A stretch of 64,000 nucleotides of DNA from Vicinamibacteria bacterium (GTDB lineage: Bacteria > Acidobacteriota > Vicinamibacteria > Marinacidobacterales > Marinacidobacteraceae): NCBI GenBank assembly GCA_963668695.2, contig CAXXLQ010000004.1, forward strand, positions 2,176,001-2,240,000. The letters run 5' to 3'. Positions 19,876 through 28,769 of the stretch are shown in pieces. Under the pieces are notes generated by a model that searched no databases, was not told where the DNA came from, and saw only the letters and a program-made list of their open reading frames with translations. A program made the position numbers and the translations under genes. Numbering within the stretch: the stretch's first letter is position 1; every line of letters starts with the position of its first letter.

Positions 19876-21021
19876 TCAACCCGGGATGTCTCGAAGCGCC
19901 GCGACCAGCGCGTCCACGTGCTCGTCCTCCAGCACCAGCGGCGGCATGAGGCGGAGCGCCGCCGGGTCCGTCGAGACCCCGGCGAAGATCCCGCGCTCGA
20001 GGAGCGCGTTCCGCACTTCCTTCGCCGGCCGGGAGCAGACCAGCCCGAGCAGGAATCCGCGGCCCTGCACCCGGCGGACCGGCCCCACGACCGCCTCGCT
20101 CCGGATCCGGTCCGAGAGGCGACATACCCGGGAGAGCAGATCCTGCTCCCGGATCACCCGGATCACCGTGGCGATCAGTGCGCTCGCCACCGGGGCGCCG
20201 CCGAAGGTGGTGCCGAAGGACCCCATCGGAAGGCCGCCGGCGAGCGCCTCGCTCGCGAGCACCGCCCCCGCGGGAAAACCGCCCGCGAGCGCCTTGGCAG
20301 TGGTCAGCAGATCGGGACGGACGCCGGACCACTCGCAGGCGAAGGGCTTGCCGCTGCGGCCCATGCCGCACTGGACCTCGTCGAAGATGAGCAGGGCGCC
20401 GGCCGCGTCGCAGGCCTCCCGCGCCGCGCGCAGGAAAGCGTCTGAAAGGTCCACGGCGCCGGCCATCCCGAGCACCGGCTCCATGATGACCGCCGCCACC
20501 CGGGAGTCCACCGCCGCGGCGAGCGCCGCCGCATCCTCCCGCGGGACCGTGCGCACCCGGAACGGGGTCTGGGGGAAGGCGTACCACTTCGACGACCCGT
20601 CGGTCACCGCCGACGCGGCGGCAGTCCGCCCGTGGAATCCGCCGGACACCGCGACCACCGTGTCCCGTCCCGGGAGGGTGCGGAAGGCGAGTCGCAGCGC
20701 GTTCTCGTTCGCCTCGGCGCCGCTGTTCACGAAGAAGGCGCGGTCGAGGCCGTCGGGGGCGAAATCCACCAGCGCCTCGGCGGCGGCGGCGCGCTCGGGA
20801 CTCGGAATCGCGGTCGTCTGGAAGAAGAGCCGCGAAGCAGTGGCTTCGAGGCACTCCAGCATCTCGGGATGGCGGTAGCCGAGCCCGGCGACCGCGTGTC
20901 CTCCGTAGAAGTCGATGAGCGTCCGCCCGTCCTTGGTCTGCAGGCAGACGCCCTCCCCCGAAACCACCTCCAGCGGAAGCTGGGGGTACACCGGAAAGAG
21001 CGCGGGGGATTCACAAGACAT
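19876..21021 (-). CDS. argD: Acetyl/succinylornithine aminotransferase (class III)
   Basis: NSGAEANE, FHGRT, LIFDEVQCGMGRSG, AKALAGGFP and GTTFGG motifs. Confidence 0.92.
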   Translation of the reverse strand: MSCESPALFPVYPQLPLEVVSGEGVCLQTKDGRTLIDFYGGHAVAGLGYRHPEMLECLEATASRLFFQTTAIPSPERAAAAEALVDFAPDGLDRAFFVNSGAEANENALRLAFRTLPGRDTVVAVSGGFHGRTAAASAVTDGSSKWYAFPQTPFRVRTVPREDAAALAAAVDSRVAAVIMEPVLGMAGAVDLSDAFLRAAREACDAAGALLIFDEVQCGMGRSGKPFACEWSGVRPDLLTTAKALAGGFPAGAVLASEALAGGLPMGSFGTTFGGAPVASALIATVIRVIREQDLLSRVCRLSDRIRSEAVVGPVRRVQGRGFLLGLVCSRPAKEVRNALLERGIFAGVSTDPAALRLMPPLVLEDEHVDALVAALRDIPG

Positions 21022-21075
21022 GGGGAGGGCCCCTTAGAGCCGGGATTTCAGAACCAGACCTCTGGAGCCACCCAT

Positions 21076-22167
21076 CTAGAGCCAAGCTGGCGCGGGCACG
21101 GTGAGCCCCATTGCCTCGTCGAACCCCAGGATCGAGTTCATCCACTGGACGCCGCCGCTGGCGGCGCCCTTGCCGAGGTTGTCGAGAGCGGCGAAGGCGA
21201 CGACGGTCTCGCCGTCGGTCCGGGCGCCCACCACCGTGATCGCCGATCCGACCGCGTCCTTCAGCCGGGGGGCCGAAGAGATGCGGACCAGTGGACAGCT
21301 CCGGTAGGAGTCCTGGTAGGCGGCCTCGAGCTGAGCATCAGTCACCGGAGCCAGGCTCCGCAGAAAGACGGTGGCGTGGATTCCGCGCGCGAAGGGGCCC
21401 GAATGCGGGACGAAACGAACGCGGGGCTGCCGGTCTCCGGGGAGCCAAAGCAGGTCTTCCATCTCCGGGGCGTGACGATGGACGAGCGGTTTGTAGGCGA
21501 AGAGGTTGGCGTGGCGAAGCGGATGGTGGGTGGTCTCCTTCGGCACCCCGCCCGATCCCGTGCTCCCGGTGACGGCGGACACGTGGAGTTCGGGTTCGAC
21601 GAGTCCGAGGCTCAGCAGCGGGAAAGCAGCGAGGGCGACCGCAGTGGCGAAGCAGCCCGGATGGGCGACGCGGCCGGGTGTCTTGCCGAAATCTCCGGGA
21701 TTCAGCTCGGGTAGTCCGCAGGAGAACTCCGCGAGGAGGTCCGGCGCCGGATGCGGGATCCCGTAGATCTCGCGGTAGCGGTCCGGGTCGGAGTGGCGAA
21801 AGTCGGCGGAGAGATCCACCACCGGAAGCTCGCAGGGGGTCGCCGCGGCGGCTTCGAGGAGCGCCGCCACCTGGGGCGCCGAAGCCTTGTGCGGGGCTGC
21901 CGAAAATGCGGCGAGGCCGGAATATTCACCGGCGGCGCGGCGGAGCAGCTCCCCGAGTTCGCCCGGGGCGGTGAATGTTTCGTCCGGGAAGACCGCGGCC
22001 AGGTTGGGGAACGACTCCCGGATCGGAAGGTCGGCGTGGCTCGCCGAGACTGCTCCCGCGAGCCGCATCCGGGGGTGTCCGGCGATCCAGCGGAGGAGTT
22101 CCCCAGCCACGTAGCCCGAGGCGCCGAGCACGACAATCCCGATGGGGCCCCTGAGGTCCCGGGTCAC
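21076..22167 (-). CDS. argC: N-acyl-gamma-glutamyl-phosphate reductase
   Basis: GASGY, VDLSADFR, GLPEL, PGCFAT, TGSTGSG and DNLGKGAA motifs; GTGA overlap with the argR stop. Confidence 0.93.
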   Translation of the reverse strand: MTRDLRGPIGIVVLGASGYVAGELLRWIAGHPRMRLAGAVSASHADLPIRESFPNLAAVFPDETFTAPGELGELLRRAAGEYSGLAAFSAAPHKASAPQVAALLEAAAATPCELPVVDLSADFRHSDPDRYREIYGIPHPAPDLLAEFSCGLPELNPGDFGKTPGRVAHPGCFATAVALAAFPLLSLGLVEPELHVSAVTGSTGSGGVPKETTHHPLRHANLFAYKPLVHRHAPEMEDLLWLPGDRQPRVRFVPHSGPFARGIHATVFLRSLAPVTDAQLEAAYQDSYRSCPLVRISSAPRLKDAVGSAITVVGARTDGETVVAFAALDNLGKGAASGGVQWMNSILGFDEAMGLTVPAPAWL

Positions 22168-22640
22168 GACGGGGTCTCTCCCACGCCGTTCGTGCCGATT
22201 GCGGCCCGCAGCCGGTCCATGATCCCGTCCTGCCCCGACTTCGTGTGACTCGCGATGAAGATGGTGTCGTCGCCGGCCACCGAACCAGCCACCTCCGACC
22301 ACGCCTCGGTGTCGATGGCGTGCGCGACCCGCTGGGCGCCCCCGGGCAGGGTGCGAATCACCACCAGGTGCGGTCCGGCGGCGGCGATGCTCTCCACGAG
22401 TCCGGCAAGTCCGGGCAGTCCCGGCCGGCGGTCGGGAGCGATCCGGTAGTGGCCGCCGATCTTCCGGGCGCCGATGTCGCGGAGATCCCGGCTCACGCAG
22501 GACTGGGTTACGGAGTGGCCGAGCGCCTCCAGATGCGCGACGAGTTCGGCCTGGTTACGCACCTGCGCCTCGAGCAGCGCAGCGCGCACCAGGGCGCGTC
22601 GCTCGGCGGCCTCGTCCGGCCGGGCGGTTTGTATCGACAT
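22164..22640 (-). CDS. argR: Arginine repressor
   Basis: NQAELV, VTQSCVSRDL, RTLPGGAQ and GSVAGDDTIF motifs. Confidence 0.93.
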   Translation of the reverse strand: MSIQTARPDEAAERRALVRAALLEAQVRNQAELVAHLEALGHSVTQSCVSRDLRDIGARKIGGHYRIAPDRRPGLPGLAGLVESIAAAGPHLVVIRTLPGGAQRVAHAIDTEAWSEVAGSVAGDDTIFIASHTKSGQDGIMDRLRAAIGTNGVGETPS

Positions 22641-22665
22641 AATATGAACACATTATACAAAAGAG
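22641..22665 (-). promoter_or_regulatory. Putative sigma70 -10 element of the arg operon, overlapped by a possible ARG box
   Basis: TATAAT on the minus strand at 22657-22652, 11 nt before the argR ATG, inside an AT-rich imperfect palindrome (TGAAcacattaTACA). Confidence 0.5.
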
Positions 22666-22736
22666 ACAGGAAAGGGAACCCCGGGGAGTTGCTGTGAGAA
22701 TGCAGACCTGCGGGGACCCAGACCACCCGGATGTCG

Positions 22737-23260
22737 CGCGACAGCGGGCCCCCACCGGGAGAACTGGCCGCCGGATCTCCGGCCAGGAGCGCCGGTCTTC
22801 AGACCGGCATCAAGTCCGGAGCGGTCCGGGGATGGGGGCACTTCTCCCGACAAGTCCGAATCACACAGACGGGATCGGTAGACCCCCATCCCCGAACCGC
22901 CCGGCGCTTCGCGCCCAGGGGTCGAGCGTTCCGGGAAGGGGGCACATCGCTGGACTAGTTCGGGTGGTCAAGTGGGAGAGAATTGAGCCCCCCTCCCGAA
23001 CCGCCCGGCGCTGCGCGCCGGAATCGAAACTCCCTCGCGCGCTGGCGCGCCCTTCGGCGAGTTCCGATTCGAGGTTGCCTTTTTGTGAAAGGGGGGCGCG
23101 CCCCCCTTTCACACTTTCCCCCCGGTCACGCAGGCAGCGAACGGAGTTCGCTGCCACTAGTTTTTCCCCGGTGGGCTCTGCGCCACAAGACCGAGTACTG
23201 CCGACCCGCGTCAAACGCGGCCGGGTCAGGGAACGCCGGTCAGTCCTCCCGGTGGGGGCG
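22737..23260 (+). repeat. Family B composite repeat (H, G, two variable-loop units, C, D, E)
   Basis: Loop units at ~22819 and ~22921; same modules as the other B loci. Confidence 0.85.
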
Positions 23261-23409
23261 TTCACACCCGCACCGCTGCGCGACAGCGCAGCGAAAGGGG
23301 CGGACGCCGAACAGCGGCATGTTTCCCATCTCGGCGAGTACCCCAGCCACCGACGGTGGCGCTGCCGGTCAGGGAGCACGGGCCCCTCGCTATCCTCCCC
23401 TCCATCCCC

Positions 23410-23940
23410 GTGACCGACGCCGACCGCGCCGCCGCCCGCCGCATCGTCCGCACCGCCTTCTTCATCGGCGGGGCGATCTTCGCCTTCATCATCTGGCAGC
23501 TCTACCTGCGGCCGCCCGCGACCTCGGTCCCGGAATGGACCGCGTCGCTTCCCGCGATGAATGCCGCCTTCAATGCGACGACCACCACCCTCATCTGCCT
23601 GGGCGTGCTCGCGATCAAGAACGGCCGCCGGCGCCTCCACATCGGGTTCCAGATCGCCGCGCTGGTATCCGCCGCCCTTTTCCTCGTTGGCTATCTCACC
23701 TACCACCACTTCCAGGGCGACACCCCGTATCCCGGGACCGGCTTTTGGCGCCCCATCTACTTCTTCTGCCTGATCACCCACGTCCTGGCTTCCGCCGTCT
23801 CGGTGCCGCTCATCCTCGCGACGGTGTCGTTCGCCGCGAAACGCCGGTTTTTCTGGCACCGCCGCTGGGCGCGGGTTACCGTTCCCGTCTGGCTGTACGC
23901 ATCGCTGACCGGCCTGATCGTGTACGGAATGCTGCACTAA
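23410..23940 (+). CDS. DUF420-family membrane protein
   Basis: Several hydrophobic segments; LPAMNAAFN, FLVGYLTYH, LITH, HRRWAR and WLYASLTG motifs. Start could be 23356. Confidence 0.85.
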   Translation: MTDADRAAARRIVRTAFFIGGAIFAFIIWQLYLRPPATSVPEWTASLPAMNAAFNATTTTLICLGVLAIKNGRRRLHIGFQIAALVSAALFLVGYLTYHHFQGDTPYPGTGFWRPIYFFCLITHVLASAVSVPLILATVSFAAKRRFFWHRRWARVTVPVWLYASLTGLIVYGMLH

Positions 23941-23941
23941 A

Positions 23942-24000
23942 GGTCGAGCGGTCCGGAACCGGGGCCAACATCCGGCAATCTGAGACACCGCCCTCGACCG
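23942..24000 (+). repeat. Degenerate minimal family B unit
   Basis: GGTCGAGCGGTCCGG...CCGCCCTCGACC immediately after the TAA. Confidence 0.55.
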
Positions 24001-24009
24001 GGCTTGTCC

Positions 24010-24196
24010 CTAGCAGCCTGTGGCAAAACCCACGCGGCGTTCGACCGGCGATCCATCCCGGCTGAACCACTCCGCTTCGCTGCGTTCTGCGTTGCGTTTC
24101 GGTCGAAATACACCCGGTATTCCTCCCTCACGCGCCTTGTCAGCCGGGTGCCTCACCGGCCTCGGCGCTCACGTGGGTTTCACCACAGACTGCTAA
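24010..24196 (+). mobile_element. Family A MITE, copy A3 (minimal form with no H 20-mers)
   Basis: TIRs TAGCAGCCTGTGGCAAAACCCACG and CGTGGGTTTCACCACAGACTGCTA (21/24 match). Confidence 0.85.
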
Positions 24197-24265
24197 GTTT
24201 CCGGTCTGCTCGCGCCGGAGAGTTGTTTCGACGCTCCCGGCGGAGTCGCAACAAGGAGTTGTCCC

Positions 24266-24838
24266 ATGTCCCGAATCACATTCCTCGCCGCGCTGCTCGC
24301 CGCGGCCTTCGCGCTGCCGGCAGCCGCCCAGAACCCGAACCCGCGGGGTACGGTGAAAGCCGATGCCGGCGGCGCCATGGTCTCGATCGACTACGGCCGC
24401 CCGGCCCTCGGCGACCGGATGCTCGGCGACCTGCTCAGCATGCTGCCCGGGGACCGGGTCTGGCGAGCCGGTGAGAACCAGGTCACCATCCTCGAGACCT
24501 CGGCGCCGCTGAAGATCGGCACCGAGACCGTGCCGGCGGGCCGCTACAGCCTCTATCTCCACGTTCCGGAGAACGGCGATTGGCATCTGCTCGTCAACCG
24601 GCACCAGGGCATCGCGCTTGGCGAGCTCTGGTCCGAGGCGCCCGCTGCGATGCGCGCCGAGCCCTGGCCCATGCTCAGCGGATACGGCCAGATCGAGGAC
24701 CAGGAGCAGGCCCGGATCGCGCTCGAGGGGGCGGAGACCTCCGGCGACGGGAACGTCTTCGAGATCAGCGCCGGAAGCGGAATGATCCGTTTCTCCTGGG
24801 GCGGAACCGCCTACCAGACGACCCTCGGGTCTCCCTGA
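24266..24838 (+). CDS. DUF2911-domain secreted protein
   Basis: AGGAG RBS, signal peptide, IDYGRP, VWRAGENQVT and VPAGRYSLY motifs. Confidence 0.85.
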   Translation: MSRITFLAALLAAAFALPAAAQNPNPRGTVKADAGGAMVSIDYGRPALGDRMLGDLLSMLPGDRVWRAGENQVTILETSAPLKIGTETVPAGRYSLYLHVPENGDWHLLVNRHQGIALGELWSEAPAAMRAEPWPMLSGYGQIEDQEQARIALEGAETSGDGNVFEISAGSGMIRFSWGGTAYQTTLGSP

Positions 24839-24886
24839 CGGGGGCTCGGGTCTCCCTGCCGGCGGCTCGGGTCTCCCTGCCGGCGG
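24824..24886 (+). repeat. 21-bp tandem repeat x3 across the DUF2911 stop codon
   Basis: CTCGGGTCTCCCTG(A/C)CGG(G/C)GG at 24824, 24845 and 24866. Confidence 0.85.
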
Positions 24887-24962
24887 CGGCGCGCCGGGCG
24901 GCCCGGCGCTCCCCGCTTCGGGAACGGATCGTGCGAGAGCGCGTTTTGTCTTCCCGAAGCAC

Positions 24963-25613
24963 ATGGCCCCCGCAACCCTGAACCCGGCGATCCCCTTCGC
25001 CGCCTCCGGCCCGGGTGCGGTTGCGCTCGACTCGGACGCCGCCCTCATGGCGCGGGTCCAGGAGGGTGACCTCGACGCCTTCGAACCCCTCGTCCACCGC
25101 TACGAGAAACGTCTGTTCGGGTATTTCCTGAACCTCGTCGACGATCCCTCGACGGCCGCCGATCTGGCGCAGGAGACCTTCGTCCGCGTCTATCGGGCGG
25201 CCCCGCGCTACCAGGAGTCCGGCAGGTTCGAGTACTGGCTCTTCCGGATCGCCGCGAACCTGGTCAAAAGCCGGCGGCGCCGCCCGGACCAGCGGGCCCC
25301 GCACGTGTCTCTCGAAGAGGCGCCGGCCGCCGAGCGGGAACTCGCGGGCCGCAGTACCCAGGGCCGTCCGGATGAAGCCGCCTGGCGGGCGGAACTCCGG
25401 GACGCCCTTCAGGAGGCGTTGCCCCGGGTGCCGCTGGTGTTTCGGGAGGCCGTCCTGCTCCGCGACGTGGAGGGATGGACCTACCGCGAAATCGCGGAGA
25501 TGCTGGGCGTCCAGGAAGGGACCGTGAAGTCCCGCGCCCACCGGGGCAGACAGCGCCTCAAGGAGATGCTGGCCCCGATGTTTGGAGAAGGCTGTTTCGA
25601 GGGAGTTTCCTGA
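24963..25613 (+). CDS. ECF RNA polymerase sigma-70 factor
   Basis: Region 2 DLAQETFVRVY and WLFRIAAN; region 4 EGWTYREIAEMLGVQEGTVKSRAHRGR. Confidence 0.93.
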   Translation: MAPATLNPAIPFAASGPGAVALDSDAALMARVQEGDLDAFEPLVHRYEKRLFGYFLNLVDDPSTAADLAQETFVRVYRAAPRYQESGRFEYWLFRIAANLVKSRRRRPDQRAPHVSLEEAPAAERELAGRSTQGRPDEAAWRAELRDALQEALPRVPLVFREAVLLRDVEGWTYREIAEMLGVQEGTVKSRAHRGRQRLKEMLAPMFGEGCFEGVS

Positions 25614-26116
25614 TGGCTGGCAGACCCACCGACGACGAGCTGCGCGAGATGCTGCGAGCACTGCCGCGTCACGAACCGCTTCCCGGCTTCGCCGAGGAGG
25701 TCATGGCCCGCGTGCGCGCGGAAGACCGGCGTCGCCGCTTCCGGCCCTGGCTGCTCGCCGCCGCGGCGGCGGCGCTGGTCGCGTCGGGACTTCTGGTCCG
25801 CTCCGTCTGGGACGGGTCGTCTTCCGGGAACGAGGAAACGCTCGTCGCGACCGCCCCCGCGCCGGATGGGGCGATGGATTCCGCCGATGCCGACCGCCGC
25901 GAGTTCGAGGCGATCCTCGAGGAGTACCGGCTCCTCGCCGAGGAGTTCGAGTCGCTCCGGCAACTCGGTGGCGACTCGCCGAACGGCCCGCTGATCCGGG
26001 TCGGCGGCAACGACGATCTGGACCTGTTCCTGGATCTCGAGTCGTATCTCGACCGCCCGTCCCGTCCGCCGGGCGCGTCCCTCGTGGTCCCCGCCGCGAA
26101 CCGTCCGCGCCGGTGA
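25613..26116 (+). CDS. Putative membrane anti-sigma factor
   Basis: TGATG coupling to the sigma gene; PLPGFAEEVMAR followed by one TM helix. Confidence 0.7.
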   Translation: MAGRPTDDELREMLRALPRHEPLPGFAEEVMARVRAEDRRRRFRPWLLAAAAAALVASGLLVRSVWDGSSSGNEETLVATAPAPDGAMDSADADRREFEAILEEYRLLAEEFESLRQLGGDSPNGPLIRVGGNDDLDLFLDLESYLDRPSRPPGASLVVPAANRPRR

Positions 26117-26144
26117 CCTGCTCACTTCCAAGGAGAAATTGACG

Positions 26145-26867
26145 ATGACGATGAACCGCAATCGCTTCCGCGCCGCCGCGCTGGCGGCCGCTACCGCCCT
26201 CGCCTTGCCGGCGCTCGCCGGCGCCGCCAACGGGCCGTCGCGCGAAAACCCCCACCAGATCCTCGTGCGTGGGCCGATCAAGACCCGGGTGGTCATGGGC
26301 TCGGTGGGACGTGGGTACCTGGGCGTCCAGTTGCTGGACATCACCGAGGAACTGCGCGAGTTCTACGGTGCCCCGAAGGATGCCGGGATCCTGATCTCGC
26401 GGGTGGCCGCCGACAGTCCGGCGGCAGCCGCCGGGTTTGAGGTCGGCGACGTGATCACCGGGGTAGGCGGCGAACGGGCGCACACCTCGCGGGATGTCAT
26501 GCGTGAGGTGGCGCGGTTCGAGCCGGAAGACCAGGTCGCGGTGGAGGTCATCCGCGCGGGTGCTCCCCTCACCGTGAACGCCACGCTCGGCGAACGGGAG
26601 CGAGGCGTGTGGTTCAGCCGCGATTTCGGCGAACCCGAACTCCAGGAATTTCACTTCGAGATGCCTGAGATGCAGGGTCTCGAGGTGCTGCGGGACCTCC
26701 CGAGCACCATCAATGAGGCAACCCGGGAGGCGGTGCGGGAGGCGATGGAGGCAGCCCGCGAGCGCATGAGCGAGATCGATTTCGAGGGACTTAAGGAGCG
26801 CCTCGCGGAAACCGAAGCGCGCCTCCGCGAACTGGAGAAAAAGCTCGCGGAACGTCGGGAGGAGTAG
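26145..26867 (+). CDS. Secreted PDZ-domain protein
   Basis: AGGAG RBS, signal peptide, GYLGVQL and SPAAAAGFEVGDVI motifs, C-terminal coiled coil. Confidence 0.85.
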   Translation: MTMNRNRFRAAALAAATALALPALAGAANGPSRENPHQILVRGPIKTRVVMGSVGRGYLGVQLLDITEELREFYGAPKDAGILISRVAADSPAAAAGFEVGDVITGVGGERAHTSRDVMREVARFEPEDQVAVEVIRAGAPLTVNATLGERERGVWFSRDFGEPELQEFHFEMPEMQGLEVLRDLPSTINEATREAVREAMEAARERMSEIDFEGLKERLAETEARLRELEKKLAERREE

Positions 26868-27235
26868 GAGCGCCGGTGTTCACACCGGCATCAAGTCCGG
26901 AGCGGTCCGGGGATGGGGGCACTTCTCCCGACAAGTCCAAATCACACAGATTGGGACCGGTAGGCCCCCATCCCCGGTCCGCCCGGCGCTTCGCGCCGGG
27001 AATCGGACCTCCCTTGCGCGCCTTCGGCGCGCGGCGGCGAGTTCCGATTGGTCGTTACCTTTTGTGAAAGGGGGGATGCTCCCCTTTCACACTTTCCCCC
27101 CGGTCATGCGGGCAGCGAACAGAGTTCGCTGCCGTTAGTTTTTGCGTGTGGCTGCGCCGTGTGCTCGTGCGGGACGCAGGCCCGGGAACGCCGGTCTTCA
27201 GACCGGCACCCGCGGCCCGTAGGGCCGCGAACGGC
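26867..27235 (+). repeat. Family B composite repeat
   Basis: G module fused to the TAG, loop unit at ~26899, then C, D, E and G modules. Confidence 0.85.
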
Positions 27236-27314
27236 GAAGACCCCGACGGGTCGGATGGCACGCCACAAAGGGAAGGCTTACCCTCCGCCGTACACCCCAC
27301 TTCGGGAGGTCTCC

Positions 27315-28562
27315 ATGCCCCGCACCCCGTTCTCCCCCCTCCTCCGTCCCCTCGGCTTCGAGTGCTACCCGTCCGGCCTCGGCCCGAGCCGCCGCGCCTT
27401 CTTGCAAGCCGTCGCTGCCACCGCGGCGGGCGCGGCGACTGCTGGCGCCCTCCCCGGATGTGACACCGCGCCCGGCGCGCAGGATGCCGCCCCGGCCCCG
27501 GCGGCGAGTGCCGCGGATGTCCTGAATTCCGTCCCGACCTTCCCCGAGGGAGGCTTCGCCGAGGGCGCCGTCCGGATCGGCTTCAACGAGAACCCGCTCG
27601 GACCGTCCCCCAAGGCGCTCGCCGCCATCGCGGCCGACGGCCTCGCCGCCGGGAACCGCTACAACTACCCCGACACCGTCCGCGGCGAGATCGGAGCCCA
27701 CCACGGCACCACCCGCGAACACGTCCTCGTCGGCTGCGGCTCGACCGAGTTCCTGCAGTTCCTGCCCTGGGGCTTCCTGAAGCCGGGCACGACCAGCCTC
27801 GTCCTGCCGGAGATCACCTACGGTTGGTGCGGCGGGGTGGCGGCGGCGATCGGCGCCGAAGTGATCCGCACCCCGATGGGGGCGGAGGGAACGCTCGATG
27901 TCGCGGCGATGCGCGGCGCCATCCGTCCCGACACCCGGATCGTCTACGTCGCGAACCCCAACAACCCGACCGGAGCGGCGGTGTCCCACGACGAGATCGT
28001 CTCGCTGGCGGAAGCCGTGCCCGAGGGCGGGATCCTCATCGTGGACGAGGCCTACGCCGAGTTCCTCCCCGAGGGTGGAGACGCGGTGTCGCTGGCGCTC
28101 GCCGGCGGACCCGTCATCGTGGCCCGGACCTTCTCCAAGGCGTACGGAATGGCCGGCCTCCGCATCGGCTACGTCGTGGGCTCCGGCCCGATGTTCGAAA
28201 AGGCGACCGGCGTCTGGTGGGGCGACTTCGGGCTGAACACCGCGGCGGCGGTCGCCTGCGGACCGGCCCTCGCCGACCGGGACCACGTCGCGAAGTACGT
28301 GCAGACGGTGGACGACGGCCTTGCCGAGCTGCGCGCCGGGCTCAGCGAACTCGGCTGCGTCTCCTGGCCGCACCGGGCGCCCTTCCTGATGACGGATCTC
28401 GGGAGCGAAGCCCTTCCGGTGGTCTGGGAGCTCTTCCGGCGCGGGATCTACGTGCAGGACGGTGCCGGCTGGGGTCTTCCGACCTTCCTCCGGATCTCGG
28501 TGGGCCTCTCGGAGCACCACCAGGCGCTCCTCGGCGCACTCCGGGAAATCCGAACCGCCTGA
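27315..28562 (+). CDS. HisC-like class I/II PLP aminotransferase with Tat-lipoprotein signal
   Basis: GGAGG RBS, SRRAFLQ and LPGC signal; NENPLGPSP, NPNNPTG, DEAY and RTFSKAYGMAGLRIG motifs. Confidence 0.88.
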   Translation: MPRTPFSPLLRPLGFECYPSGLGPSRRAFLQAVAATAAGAATAGALPGCDTAPGAQDAAPAPAASAADVLNSVPTFPEGGFAEGAVRIGFNENPLGPSPKALAAIAADGLAAGNRYNYPDTVRGEIGAHHGTTREHVLVGCGSTEFLQFLPWGFLKPGTTSLVLPEITYGWCGGVAAAIGAEVIRTPMGAEGTLDVAAMRGAIRPDTRIVYVANPNNPTGAAVSHDEIVSLAEAVPEGGILIVDEAYAEFLPEGGDAVSLALAGGPVIVARTFSKAYGMAGLRIGYVVGSGPMFEKATGVWWGDFGLNTAAAVACGPALADRDHVAKYVQTVDDGLAELRAGLSELGCVSWPHRAPFLMTDLGSEALPVVWELFRRGIYVQDGAGWGLPTFLRISVGLSEHHQALLGALREIRTA

Positions 28563-28683
28563 CACCAGGAGCCCGGCCTGATCGCCTTCTGTGGAAAATC
28601 CGCTACGCGAGCCATGGCGTGCATCGACATCCCTTCGCACAGCATGGCGAAGACCTGAGTTGGGTAGCTTGTTCATGGCGATT

Positions 28684-28760
28684 AGGTTGACAACCTCCCG
28701 GAAATGGTTGACAATAATGCTATAATAAGTTTCCAGCGTCAACAGTAAGGTTGTCAAAAG
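28684..28760 (+). promoter_or_regulatory. Promoter/operator region with three GGTTG(A/T)CAA boxes
   Basis: Palindrome AGGTTG-A-CAACCT (28684-96), TGGTTGACAAT (28705) and AGGTTGTCAAA (28748); TTGACA and TATAAT hexamers present. Confidence 0.6.
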
Positions 28761-28769
28761 GAGAGAGCG

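Noticed and set aside
19865-20854. 330-aa N-terminal extension of ArgF' in the ORF track
   Set aside because: It overlaps argD in another frame and is Arg/Gly-rich noise; ATG 19864 has a GGGAAG RBS.
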